A stretch of 62,652 nucleotides of DNA, counting the filler, from Candidatus Coatesbacteria bacterium (GTDB lineage Bacteria; JAFGND01): NCBI GenBank assembly GCA_016927185.1. It is 5 parts of 5 records of this genome, joined end to end, with 100 filler letters (N's around TTAATTAATTAA, not from the genome) between each part and the next. Parts side by side here need not be neighbours in the genome. Positions count along the whole stretch, not along the records: positions 1 to 31,836 come from JAFGND010000077.1; positions 31,937 to 44,495 come from JAFGND010000014.1; 3 more parts are not named here. One strand, 5' to 3'. The notes under the pieces were generated by a model. That model searched no databases, was not told the DNA's origin, and saw nothing but the letters and a program-made list of their open reading frames with translations. This document shows positions 30,661 through 40,453 of this stretch, in pieces; position 1 is the stretch's first letter; each line of letters starts with the position of its first letter. A program made the position numbers and the translations under genes.

Positions 30661-30774
30661 GAAAATCCTTGACATTTAATCTTTTCAATTTTTATGTGAA
30701 ATATATACGAAAGGGAAGACTATGATTATAGTAAGGAGGCTATTATGAGAAATCTTCTTCTATTCATAATTCTG
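30661..30774 (+). repeat. promoter/RBS/start cassette, copy 1
   Basis: 8 mismatches in the 84 nt before the ATG versus 44383-44466; contains TTGACA and TAAGGAGG. Confidence 0.9.
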
Positions 30775-31836
30775 ATATCTTTTTCATCTCTGCTTTTCTC
30801 AGCTCCCGGAGATTTGATATGGAGATATAAGACAGGTGATGATGTTTACTCCTCTCCCTGTGTCTCTGATGGAGTTGTTTATTTTGGTAGCTATGATTGG
30901 TACATTTATGCAATAAATAGCTCTGATGGAAGTTTTAAATGGAGATATAAGACTGGAAGTTATGTAGAATCATCTCCTTGTGTTTCAGAAGGAGTTGTTT
31001 ATATTGGAAGTAGGGATAATTATCTTTATGCAGTAAACTGCTCAGATGGAACTCTTAAATGGAGATATCAAACAGGTAATTTTGTTATCTCATCACCTTG
31101 TGTTTCTGATGGAGTTGTTTATGTTGGTAGTAATGATTTTTATTTATATGCAATAAACTGCTCAGATGGAACTCTTAAATGGAGATATCAGACAGGTAAT
31201 TGGATTAGATCTTCTCCTTGCGTTTCAAATGGAGTTGTTTTTGTTGGAAGCTGGGATTATCGTATTTATGTGATAAACTGCTCAGATGGAACTCTTAAAT
31301 GGAGATATCAGACATGTGATTGGATTGAATCCTCTCCTTGTGTCTCTGATGGAGTTGTTTATGTTGGAAGTAGAGATTCCCTTCTTTATGCAATAGACTG
31401 TTCAGATGGAACTCTTAAATGGAGATACAAAACTGGTAATCAAATTTACTCCTCTCCTTGTGTTTCAGATGGAGTTGTTTATATTGGAAGTTATGATTCT
31501 TATCTTTATGCAATAAACTGCTCTAACGGAACTCTTAAATGGAGATATCAGACAGGTTATGAAGTTAGCTCATCTCCTTGTGTTTCAGATGGAGTTGTCT
31601 ATGTTGGAAGTTGGGATAATTATCTTTATGCAATAAACTGCTCAGATGGAACTCTTAAATGGAGATATCAGACAGGAGATGGAGTTTATTCCTCTCCTTG
31701 TGTTTCAGATGGAATTGTCTATGTTGGAAGTGCTGATTATTATCTTTATGCAATTGATTCTGGAAAACCTTTTATAAAGGTTTATTCTCCTAATGGTGGA
31801 GAAGAGTGGGATGTTGGTTCTGTTCATGATATTACA
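30745..31836 (+). CDS. exported PQQ-like 8-bladed beta-propeller protein, 3' truncated by contig end
   Basis: Signal peptide; eight 40-aa WRY..G....SSPCVSDGVVYVGS.D..LYAI repeats; then SPNGGE domain start. Confidence 0.9.
30820..31759 (+). repeat. intragenic tandem repeat, 8 x 120 bp
   Basis: TGGAGATA at 30820, 30940, 31060, 31180, 31300, 31420, 31540, 31660. Confidence 0.95.
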
Positions 31837-31936
31837 NNNNNNNNNNNNNNNNNNNNNNNNNNNNNNNNNNNNNNNNNNNNTTAATTAATTAANNNNNNNN
31901 NNNNNNNNNNNNNNNNNNNNNNNNNNNNNNNNNNNN
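31837..31936. other. artificial contig linker
   Basis: N44-TTAATTAATTAA-N44. Confidence 0.98.
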
Positions 31937-33367
31937 AACTCCCTCTCTCCATTTGCTTGTATCAATAGAATGTTTGCCTTTAGGAAGTTTCATTATTAAT
32001 TGACCAGTAAGGGAATAGATAGCCCCTGAGGAAGGAAGAGAAATCATAAGTCTGCCTGAGAAAGGATTTGGGGAAACTGAGAAGGAGTGATATGGAAGCA
32101 AAGAAGATGAGGTTCTGTTTTTGAATCCAACAGTATTCATTTCAAAAAAATCATCACTTTCATCTATGGGAACTACGATATTATTGCTGTAACCGCTTAT
32201 CTTGATTTTACATTCAGTACTTTTAACTTCAGGAAGTGTCCATTTGAAAGTGCCATTGTTTTCGCATTTTGAAATAACACTCCAGTTTTTCCCTGCATCA
32301 GTAGTAAGCTCAAGAAGAACTGAATCCATTGCCCCAAAAGTATCCCAGAGTATTGTTGAAGTATCATTCTCTTCATAAAATTTTTCTCCTCCATTCGGGT
32401 AAGTCATGTCAAGGAACATTTTGCTTGCAGATACTGAATATATGTCATCATCTGCATCAATAGTTCTTACGCAGTTACCAGTTGACAGATCCCAGAATTT
32501 CAGTGTATTATCCCAGCTTCCTGAAAGACCATATCTTGCATCAGATGTGAAATCGACAGGCAAGACAGCATCAGTATGACCTTCCATTATTCTCTTGCAG
32601 TCGCCGCTTGATATTTCCCAATATCTGACTACATAATGTCAGCCTCCTGAAAGAGCATACAAACCGTCATATGATATGACAGCAGAATTCACATGGAGGT
32701 TGTGTCCAGACATGGTCCTTATGCACTCTCCAGTTGACAAGTCCCAGTACTTAAGGGTTGCATCGAAACTCGCTGATAATGCATATCTGCCATCAGGTGA
32801 GAATACAACTGACGAGACTGACAAAATATGACCAGTCATTGTCCTTATAAGATCACCTGTAATCAGGTTCCAGTAATCTATCTTGTTGTCACTGCCACAT
32901 GATAATCCGAAATTCCCGTCAGGTGATATGTCAACACCATTATTGGACATATTGCTTGATTTCCAGCTTCTTAAGCAATTGCCTGTTTCAAGATCCCAGT
33001 ACTTCAGGCAGCTGTCCTCTGAAGAACCTGAAAACCCGAAATTGCCATCTCTTGAAATTGAAACAGAAAGCACGCTTTTATCATGTCCAGTCAATGTCCT
33101 TATGCATTCACCAGTTACAAGATTCCAGTATTTCAAGGTCATATCATTGCTTCCGGATAATGCCTTCATCCCGTCTTCAGAAATGACAACTGAATTGACT
33201 GTTGATGAATGAGAAGACATTGTCCTTATTTTGATGCCTTCTGACAGACAGAAGAGTTTTATTGTCTTGTCAGAACTGCCTGATATTGCTACTGGGTAAT
33301 CCTTATGACTTGCCTTGAGAAATGAAATCAGGAGAAATATCTCAATAAAAATTATGGGTATTTTCAT
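31937..33367 (-). CDS. exported WD40 protein with PNGGE domain and T9SS-like CTD, interrupted by in-frame TGA at 32639-32641 (recoded or pseudogene); 3' truncated
   Basis: ORFs 32639-33367 and 31889-32587 are in one frame; junction reads SGG*HYVVRYWEISSGDCKRIMEGH, a normal WD repeat. Confidence 0.8.
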
Positions 33368-33541
33368 TAGAATAACTCCTTGATTGTCACCTTTAATGAT
33401 TAATTTTCAATGTGCATCAGGTTTCGCTTTTATTTTGTCAAGCAAAAACAGCTTTGAATACTTTACATTTCTAAAATTCAACTTAAGCTTGACAGAAAAA
33501 AGCTATATTAAACCGTCATTAAGAAAATTAAAGGAGGCATT

Positions 33542-34456
33542 TTGCAGGAAGAGCAGATAGTCATAATCGGAGCAGGGGTTGCAGGCCTCTCTTCAGCAAT
33601 ATATGCTGCAAGGGCTTATTTGAATCCGCTTGTTCTCGAGCAGTCCTTCCCTGGTGGACTCGCTGCAACTACTTATCATATAGATAATTATCCAGGTTTC
33701 CCGGAAGGGATTTCAGGAACTGAACTGGTTTTCAAGATGTCTGACCAGGCAAGAAAATTTGGTGCAAGAATTGAAAGCCAGAAAGTCATATCATTGAAAT
33801 ATGACAGAAGATTCAATATAAAGACAGAAAAAAGCGTTTATATATCAAAGGCTGTGATTATAGCTTCAGGTTGCGTTCCGAACAAGCTTAATATCCCTGG
33901 AGAGACTGAACTTGTTGGAAGAGGCGTAAGCTACTGTGCTAATTGCGATGGAGCTTTCTTCAAGAACAAGGTAGTTGCTGTTGTTGGAGGAGGAGATGCT
34001 GCTGTTTCTGAAGCAATATTTCTGACACGATTTGCATCAAAGGTTTACATTATTCATAGAAGAAAGCAGTTCAGGGCAAGCAAATATCTTGAATATCAGG
34101 CAAGAAACAATGATAAGATAGAACTAGTTCTTGAATATGTTCCACTAGGGATAACAGGAGATAACCTGGTTAATGGAATAGTGTTGCAGAATGTAGTGAG
34201 TGCTGAAGAGAAGAATATTGAAATTGATGGAGTATTTTTCTATACTGGCTGGAAAACAGAGCTTGATTTCATTGATCTTGATATAAAGATTTCCCCTTAT
34301 GGTTTCATAATAACAGATGAGAAAATGAGCTGTGGTCTGCCTGGATTATTCGCAGCAGGAGATGTAAGGCAGAGACCTTTGAAGCAGATAGTGACTGCTT
34401 GCTCTGATGGTGCAATTGCTGCAGTGTCCGCTGAGCATTTCATAGATAACATTTAA
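33542..34456 (+). CDS. trxB: thioredoxin-disulfide reductase
   Basis: IIGAGVAG, NYPGF, GVSYCANCDG, GGGDAA, HRR, FAAGD; TTG start with AAGGAGG. Confidence 0.93.
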   Translation: MQEEQIVIIGAGVAGLSSAIYAARAYLNPLVLEQSFPGGLAATTYHIDNYPGFPEGISGTELVFKMSDQARKFGARIESQKVISLKYDRRFNIKTEKSVYISKAVIIASGCVPNKLNIPGETELVGRGVSYCANCDGAFFKNKVVAVVGGGDAAVSEAIFLTRFASKVYIIHRRKQFRASKYLEYQARNNDKIELVLEYVPLGITGDNLVNGIVLQNVVSAEEKNIEIDGVFFYTGWKTELDFIDLDIKISPYGFIITDEKMSCGLPGLFAAGDVRQRPLKQIVTACSDGAIAAVSAEHFIDNI

Positions 34457-36951
34457 TGAATGAATTTAATGAGATTATAGATTTTCTCGGGAGTATACAG
34501 AAACCCTTGAGGTATCTTGGTGGCGAGAAAAATGTAATTATAAAAAAATGGAGTGAAACACCTTACAGGATTGCACTTCTTTTTCCTGAACCTTATGAGC
34601 TTGCACAATCAAATCTTGGAATTTCAATAATTTATCATCTTTTAAACAGGGAGAAAGACTTCTTGTGTGAGAGGGTCTTCCTGCCATGGGAAGATTTCTC
34701 TAATCTATTGAAAGAAAAGAATATATCTCTATCTTCTATTGAAAACAGGATGCCTTTGAAGGAATTTGATGTCATAGGAATATCTCTGCAGAGTGAAGTC
34801 TCTTATACTAATGTACTGCATGCACTTAGCCTTGCAAGAATCCCCATTCTCTCTTCAGAAAGAGATAATTCTCATCCCATAATTCTTGGGGGAGGTCCCT
34901 GCACTATTAATCCATTGCCACTCAACAGTTTTCTGGATGCATTCGCAATTGGTGATGGCGAGATACTTGTCAATGAAATTGTTGAAGCATTAAGGAAATT
35001 TCCCAGGGAATGTAAAAGGGAAAGGCTTGAAGCACTTGACAAATCAATGCATTTCTATTTGCCTTCCATGAGTGCGGAAAAGATTGTCAGATATGCAGTT
35101 ACAGAAAACCTTTCAAGAGAGGATTATCCTTCAAAACCCCTGGTGCCAATACTTGAGACAACACATGACAGGCTGAATATTGAGATAATGCGAGGATGCC
35201 TTCGAGGATGCAGATTCTGTCAGGCAGGTTTCATAAACAGACCAAAGAGGGAGCGAGCTGCAGATGACATAATTTACTTGATGGAACAGGGAATAAAGAA
35301 CTCAGGCTGGGAAGATTTGTCTCTTTCCTCTTTATCATCAACGGATTACAGCCTTTTCAATGAATTATCCCAGGCTATACTTCCATACTGTACATCAAAA
35401 AGGATTTCCCTGTCACTGCCATCAATAAGGGGAGATAATTTCGATATACATATGTTGAAATCACTGGCTCTTGGAAAGCATTCAGGATTGACTTTTGCTC
35501 CTGAAGCCGGGACAGAAAGGCTGAGGAATGTCATAAACAAGACCATAAGCAATTCTGATATAATAAGGGTTGTTGACATGGCTTTGAAGAATCAGTGGAA
35601 GACAGTGAAGCTGTATTTCATGATAGGGCTTCCAACAGAAACAATTGAGGATATTGAAGGTATTGCAGAGCTGTCTGATGAAATCGCATATATGGCAAGA
35701 AGGCATAATGCACTGGTAAACATAAATTTAGGGATTTTCATTCCAAAACCTCATACTCCATTCCAGTGGATGAGATTTTCTTCAAGAGAAGAAATCAAGG
35801 AAAAAACTGAGCTTTTGTTTGAGAAGATGCCGAGACATGCAGTCAAGATAAAATGGCCTGTATATGAAGAGTCTCTTATAGAGGCGGTTCTTGCAAGAGG
35901 TGATGAGAGAGTTTCAGCACTTCTTTTATCTGCTTATAATAATGGTGAATATCTTACAGGCTGGTCGGAATTCTTCGATTTTACAAGATGGGATGAAGCA
36001 TGCACCAGTAACGGCTTGAGCTGGGATGAGCTTAGCAGAGGATATGCTCTTGATGAGAAACTGCCATGGTCTTTCATTAACTGCAATATAAGTGAGAAAT
36101 TCTTGAGGAATGAATATGAAAAGGCAATTCAGGGACTGCTTACTCCTCCCTGTAATCAGGATAGCTGCAATAATTGCGGAGCTTGTAGTGAAAAGACAAG
36201 GATTGAGAATTCCTCTCCAGTCACCAGACGTATTACTATTGAAACCACATCATTTGGCAGGCAGAAGACAAAAGTAGCTCTTGAAAAAGAAGCTCCTTCA
36301 TATCGCGTTCATTACACAAAGTCCGAGCATGCAAGATTTGCCTCTCATCTTGATATGGGAAGGATTTTTGACAGATTGTTCAGGCAATTCTCAATCCCAG
36401 TGGATTTCAGCGAAGGATATACTCCGCGTCCCAAATTCTCATTCGGTCCTCCCTTGCCACTAGGCATAGAGAGTCTTGCGGAATATTTTGATTTCCAGGC
36501 AAAAAGGGAAGTTCCCATTGCCATCTTGAAAGCAATGCTGATGAATATCAACAATATCGGAATAGAAATAGAGAAAGTGGGACGTATTGCAAGAAATGCT
36601 CCATCCCTGATGAAAATGATACAAGGCATAGATTATTTTTTTAATCTTGGGAGCTTGGACGAAAACGAGAAAAGAAATTTCAAGGAAAGGATTGCTGATA
36701 TAAGAAACCCTGCAGCAGTAGTTACAAAGGTGAATGTTGAAGGCAAGAAGAAGGAAATCAGCATAAACAAAAGCCTCAAGAAGTTCAGCATAAATAACGA
36801 TGATTTCGTATTCACACTAGTGAACAATGAAACCAATTACCTTAATCCAATCCTTTTCATTGAATATTTGATAGGAAGAAAAACAATGCAGATAAAAAAG
36901 ATAAGTGTTAATCCAGATCCCTTTTCAAGGGAGCTAGTAATAGAAAGCTGA
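34456..36951 (+). CDS. B12-binding-type radical SAM protein fused to a radical SAM-linked C-terminal domain (TIGR03960/TIGR03936-like)
   Basis: RGCLRGCRFCQAG, TFAPEAG, YFMIGLP, PKPHTPFQW; SHLD...FSEGYTPRP; upstream of RNase E/G. Confidence 0.85.
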   Translation: MNEFNEIIDFLGSIQKPLRYLGGEKNVIIKKWSETPYRIALLFPEPYELAQSNLGISIIYHLLNREKDFLCERVFLPWEDFSNLLKEKNISLSSIENRMPLKEFDVIGISLQSEVSYTNVLHALSLARIPILSSERDNSHPIILGGGPCTINPLPLNSFLDAFAIGDGEILVNEIVEALRKFPRECKRERLEALDKSMHFYLPSMSAEKIVRYAVTENLSREDYPSKPLVPILETTHDRLNIEIMRGCLRGCRFCQAGFINRPKRERAADDIIYLMEQGIKNSGWEDLSLSSLSSTDYSLFNELSQAILPYCTSKRISLSLPSIRGDNFDIHMLKSLALGKHSGLTFAPEAGTERLRNVINKTISNSDIIRVVDMALKNQWKTVKLYFMIGLPTETIEDIEGIAELSDEIAYMARRHNALVNINLGIFIPKPHTPFQWMRFSSREEIKEKTELLFEKMPRHAVKIKWPVYEESLIEAVLARGDERVSALLLSAYNNGEYLTGWSEFFDFTRWDEACTSNGLSWDELSRGYALDEKLPWSFINCNISEKFLRNEYEKAIQGLLTPPCNQDSCNNCGACSEKTRIENSSPVTRRITIETTSFGRQKTKVALEKEAPSYRVHYTKSEHARFASHLDMGRIFDRLFRQFSIPVDFSEGYTPRPKFSFGPPLPLGIESLAEYFDFQAKREVPIAILKAMLMNINNIGIEIEKVGRIARNAPSLMKMIQGIDYFFNLGSLDENEKRNFKERIADIRNPAAVVTKVNVEGKKKEISINKSLKKFSINNDDFVFTLVNNETNYLNPILFIEYLIGRKTMQIKKISVNPDPFSRELVIES

Positions 36952-36955
36952 AGAA

Positions 36956-38530
36956 ATGTACAAAGAAATAGTAATAAATGTAGAAATGAATGAAGTCAGG
37001 ATAGCAGTCCTGGAGGATCAACAGCTGGTAGAATATTATATAGAGAACAGAAGCAGGCATCATATACTTGCAAATGTATATCTGGGAGAGGTAAAGGCCA
37101 TACTCCCCGGAATGCAGGCAGCCTTTATTGATATAGGGCTGGACAAGAATGCATTTCTGCATGCAAGCGATATGGACGTTCCACCTGGCAACCTTGATGA
37201 TCTTGATCTGAGTGATCCTGAAAATGCAAGGAATAATAAGGATAAATTTGAAACCAAACCAATTGAGTCACTTCTAAAGAAAGGTCAGGAAGTTCTTGTT
37301 CAGGTGATAAAGGAGGCAATCAATACCAAAGGTCCAAGAGTAAGTACTAGCCTTTCATTTCCTGGCAGGAATGTAGTTATCATGCCAACCATAGATCATT
37401 TAGGAGTAAGCAAGAAGATACTTGACAAGAATGAAAGAGACAGGTTGAGAAGGATAATTAGAGATAACAGGCGAGGCAAGACTGGATTTATTGTCAGGAC
37501 AGAAGCAGAAGGCAAGGATGATGAACTAATCAAAAAAGACATGGAGTACCTGCTTTCAATATGGGATGAAATAAAGAAGACCCTTGAAAAGTCAACTCCT
37601 CCTGCACTGATTTACGAGGAACAGGATCCAGTACTGAATTTCCTGAGAGACAGTTTTGGAAGTTCAGTAAACAAACTGACAATTGATGATGAGCTTTATT
37701 ATAACAAGATAAGATCATATCTTCTTAGAAATACACCAGATTCAGCAGACTACATAGTTAACTACACCAATGACATACCCATTTTTGATGCATTCGAAAT
37801 AGAAAATGAGATAAAAAAGGCATTCCAGAGAAAGGTATGGTTGAAATCAGGAGGCTATATTGTAATTGACAAAGTTGAAGCCCTGACACCCATTATAGTA
37901 AATCAGGAGGAGGTGTCTGACAGACTTTCCATATGTATAGATGTAAATACAGGAAGGTATACGGGAAAAGTTAATCCAGAGGAAACCATTCTGAAGACAA
38001 ATCTTGAAGCTGCTCATGAAATAGCAAGGCAATTGAGGTTAAGGGATCTGGGAGGGATAATCGTAATTGATTTCATTGACATGATGAATGTGGAAGGGCG
38101 AGAGAAAGTTATTTCTGCACTCAAGGAAGCATTAAAAAGAGACAGATCTCATACAAAGACATTCGAAGTAAGTCCACTTGGACTCGTTGAAATGACAAGG
38201 AAAAGGGTGAAGCAGGATCTTTACTCAGTTTGTTATGAAATCTGTCCTTATTGTGAGGGAGAGGGCATGTTGCTTTCTACCCAATGTGTTTCCATGCAAA
38301 TCCTGAGGATACTTTCCAGAATAGGAATTATTGGAGCAATGAAAAAACCTCTTGTAATTGAAGCTAATTCAAAAGTGATAGAATTCCTGAAAGAAAATGC
38401 ATCAGAAAAGCTTGACGAATTTCAGAAAAAAGATATATTTAATATCGAGTTGAAAGAAATTCTGACTTTTTCACAGACTGACTTTCGGATATTGCTGGAA
38501 GACAAAGATGTTACAGAGGAATTCAAATAA
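36956..38530 (+). CDS. rng: ribonuclease E/G family (RNase G-like)
   Basis: PGMQAAFIDIG, KGPR, IDVNTG, QLRLRDLGGIIVIDFIDM, CPYC.G.G. Confidence 0.92.
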   Translation: MYKEIVINVEMNEVRIAVLEDQQLVEYYIENRSRHHILANVYLGEVKAILPGMQAAFIDIGLDKNAFLHASDMDVPPGNLDDLDLSDPENARNNKDKFETKPIESLLKKGQEVLVQVIKEAINTKGPRVSTSLSFPGRNVVIMPTIDHLGVSKKILDKNERDRLRRIIRDNRRGKTGFIVRTEAEGKDDELIKKDMEYLLSIWDEIKKTLEKSTPPALIYEEQDPVLNFLRDSFGSSVNKLTIDDELYYNKIRSYLLRNTPDSADYIVNYTNDIPIFDAFEIENEIKKAFQRKVWLKSGGYIVIDKVEALTPIIVNQEEVSDRLSICIDVNTGRYTGKVNPEETILKTNLEAAHEIARQLRLRDLGGIIVIDFIDMMNVEGREKVISALKEALKRDRSHTKTFEVSPLGLVEMTRKRVKQDLYSVCYEICPYCEGEGMLLSTQCVSMQILRILSRIGIIGAMKKPLVIEANSKVIEFLKENASEKLDEFQKKDIFNIELKEILTFSQTDFRILLEDKDVTEEFK

Positions 38531-38541
38531 AGGAATTTGAA

Positions 38542-40440
38542 ATGCTTAATTTTTTCCTTTTGCTTCTTTTTTCACTCACAGCTGATCCAAGATTGCATTT
38601 GAAACCAACTCCTAAACCAAACTCTGTAAAAGCACCATTCACGGATATAGATATACAGCATTACAGGTTGAACATCAAGCTGGATATGACTAACAGGCAG
38701 ATTGATGCATGCTGCACTATCAAGATATTGCCTAAAGACACTTATATTAATGAAGTATCTCTTGATTTCTGGAACCTGACAACTGACAGCGTTAAAACAG
38801 AAAACTCAAAGCTTGCTTTCGTGCATTCAAGTGGTATCCTTAAAATTACTCTTGACAGGCAGTATTCTCCATCTGATACAATAAACCTGTCAGTTTTTTA
38901 TCACGGTAAACCTTCTAAAGGATTGTACTTTGGTTCAAGCAAGCCTAATACTGCATGGACACAGACTGAGCCTGAGGATTCAAGGTTCTGGTTCCCATGC
39001 AATGATATTCCTTCTGACAAGGCGGATATGGGAGTGGAACAGATTTATACCTTGCCAAAGGATATTATCTTGCAGGCAAACGGACTTCTTTATTCAAGAA
39101 CAACAAGCGGGGATGTTAGCACATGGTCATATAAGCACAATTATCCAATAGCAACGTACTTGATTGCGTTTGCTGCAGCTCCTTATGACAGCCTGATACA
39201 ATCATATAACGGAATGCCTGTAACTCATTACTTTGACAGTAATTATTCCGCATCAAGAAAGAATCAGCTTTCGAATTTCCCGACTTTGATAAATCTGTGT
39301 GAGCAGTATTACGGAGTATTCCCTTTCCGTAATGAACGAATAGGGACAATGGAATACTGGATGAATCCACAATACTGCATGGAACATCAGACAATGATAA
39401 GCATGAATGGATGGGGATATGAATATACATGGGTTATATTTCATGAATTGTCACATCAATGGTGGGGGGATCATGTCACATGTGGAACATGGTATGACAC
39501 ATGGTTGAATGAAAGCTGGGCTACTTTCAGCGAGTATTTGTATGCACATAAAATAGAGAATTATAAATGGGCTGATTACAGAAAGATTGAAAGAGACAAT
39601 GTTGTTTATAGCGATTCCTGGGAAAAGAGCATTCTGGATTGCTTCGGATGCGAAAGCTTGACTTACGGGAAAGGTGCTTTTGTTATGGAGATGCTGAGGC
39701 AGAGAATTGATGTAACAGACAGCATTTATCCGGGAAGCCAGTTTTTCAGCTCTCTCCGCCAGTATGGGAGTGAGTATTCATACAGGTCTGCAGTAACAGA
39801 GGATTTCATTTTAAGCTGGGAACACAGTACAAATGATTCCTTGAGGGATTTCCTCATGCAATGGCTCGGAGGAATTGGACATCCTATTGTGGAATACAGG
39901 ATAGTGTCAGATGGCAATAGTGCAGATATTTACCTGGAGCAGAGACAGAAGAAGGATCATCCGAATGCTTCGCTGTTCACATTCCCTCTTGAAATCAAGT
40001 TCAATGGAGCAGACAGGGAGACATTGATATCAGTTGAAATGAATAATTCCACATTCAGGGATACAGTTGATATAGGTTTCAATGCAACAAGCTGGACGCT
40101 TGATCCCAATAGCAAGCTTCTTGCTGAATACGGGCATTACTCCAAATTTGATGATAAAAAAAGAGCTGAATACTTACCTGTCAATATAGATTATTATATA
40201 TACCCAAATCCCACAAGAGATGATTGTTATGTCAGATTCAATACAGAGAGAAAACTCAAGGGCAGGATAGCAGTTTATGATATAGCTGGAAGAAAACGTA
40301 TAGAGAAAGATATACCTGCACCATATAATGGAAAGACAATAGTATTGCTTCCAGTCAGGAAGCTGTCATCAGGCATTTATCTTGTGAATGTTCAGATTGA
40401 AGGAAAGAATATTAATAAGAAACTCGCAATAATGAAATAA
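38542..40440 (+). CDS. exported M1 aminopeptidase with T9SS-like CTD, copy 1
   Basis: HELSH-x18-E, YCMEH, Y.KG, YPNP...YDIAGR...GIY. Confidence 0.9.
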   Translation: MLNFFLLLLFSLTADPRLHLKPTPKPNSVKAPFTDIDIQHYRLNIKLDMTNRQIDACCTIKILPKDTYINEVSLDFWNLTTDSVKTENSKLAFVHSSGILKITLDRQYSPSDTINLSVFYHGKPSKGLYFGSSKPNTAWTQTEPEDSRFWFPCNDIPSDKADMGVEQIYTLPKDIILQANGLLYSRTTSGDVSTWSYKHNYPIATYLIAFAAAPYDSLIQSYNGMPVTHYFDSNYSASRKNQLSNFPTLINLCEQYYGVFPFRNERIGTMEYWMNPQYCMEHQTMISMNGWGYEYTWVIFHELSHQWWGDHVTCGTWYDTWLNESWATFSEYLYAHKIENYKWADYRKIERDNVVYSDSWEKSILDCFGCESLTYGKGAFVMEMLRQRIDVTDSIYPGSQFFSSLRQYGSEYSYRSAVTEDFILSWEHSTNDSLRDFLMQWLGGIGHPIVEYRIVSDGNSADIYLEQRQKKDHPNASLFTFPLEIKFNGADRETLISVEMNNSTFRDTVDIGFNATSWTLDPNSKLLAEYGHYSKFDDKKRAEYLPVNIDYYIYPNPTRDDCYVRFNTERKLKGRIAVYDIAGRKRIEKDIPAPYNGKTIVLLPVRKLSSGIYLVNVQIEGKNINKKLAIMK

Positions 40441-40453
40441 CAAGGAGGTTTTC

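Noticed and set aside
30820-31759. CRISPR array or DGR target as an explanation for the 120-bp repeats
   Set aside because: Repeats are in-frame coding units with no unique spacers or cas genes. No RT or template repeat is in the window, and several variable codons (TGG, CAA, GAA) do not fit adenine-only mutagenesis of AAY codons.
31837-31936. Palindromic TTAATTAATTAA flanked by Ns, four times in the window
   Set aside because: Artificial all-frame-stop contig linker; not biological
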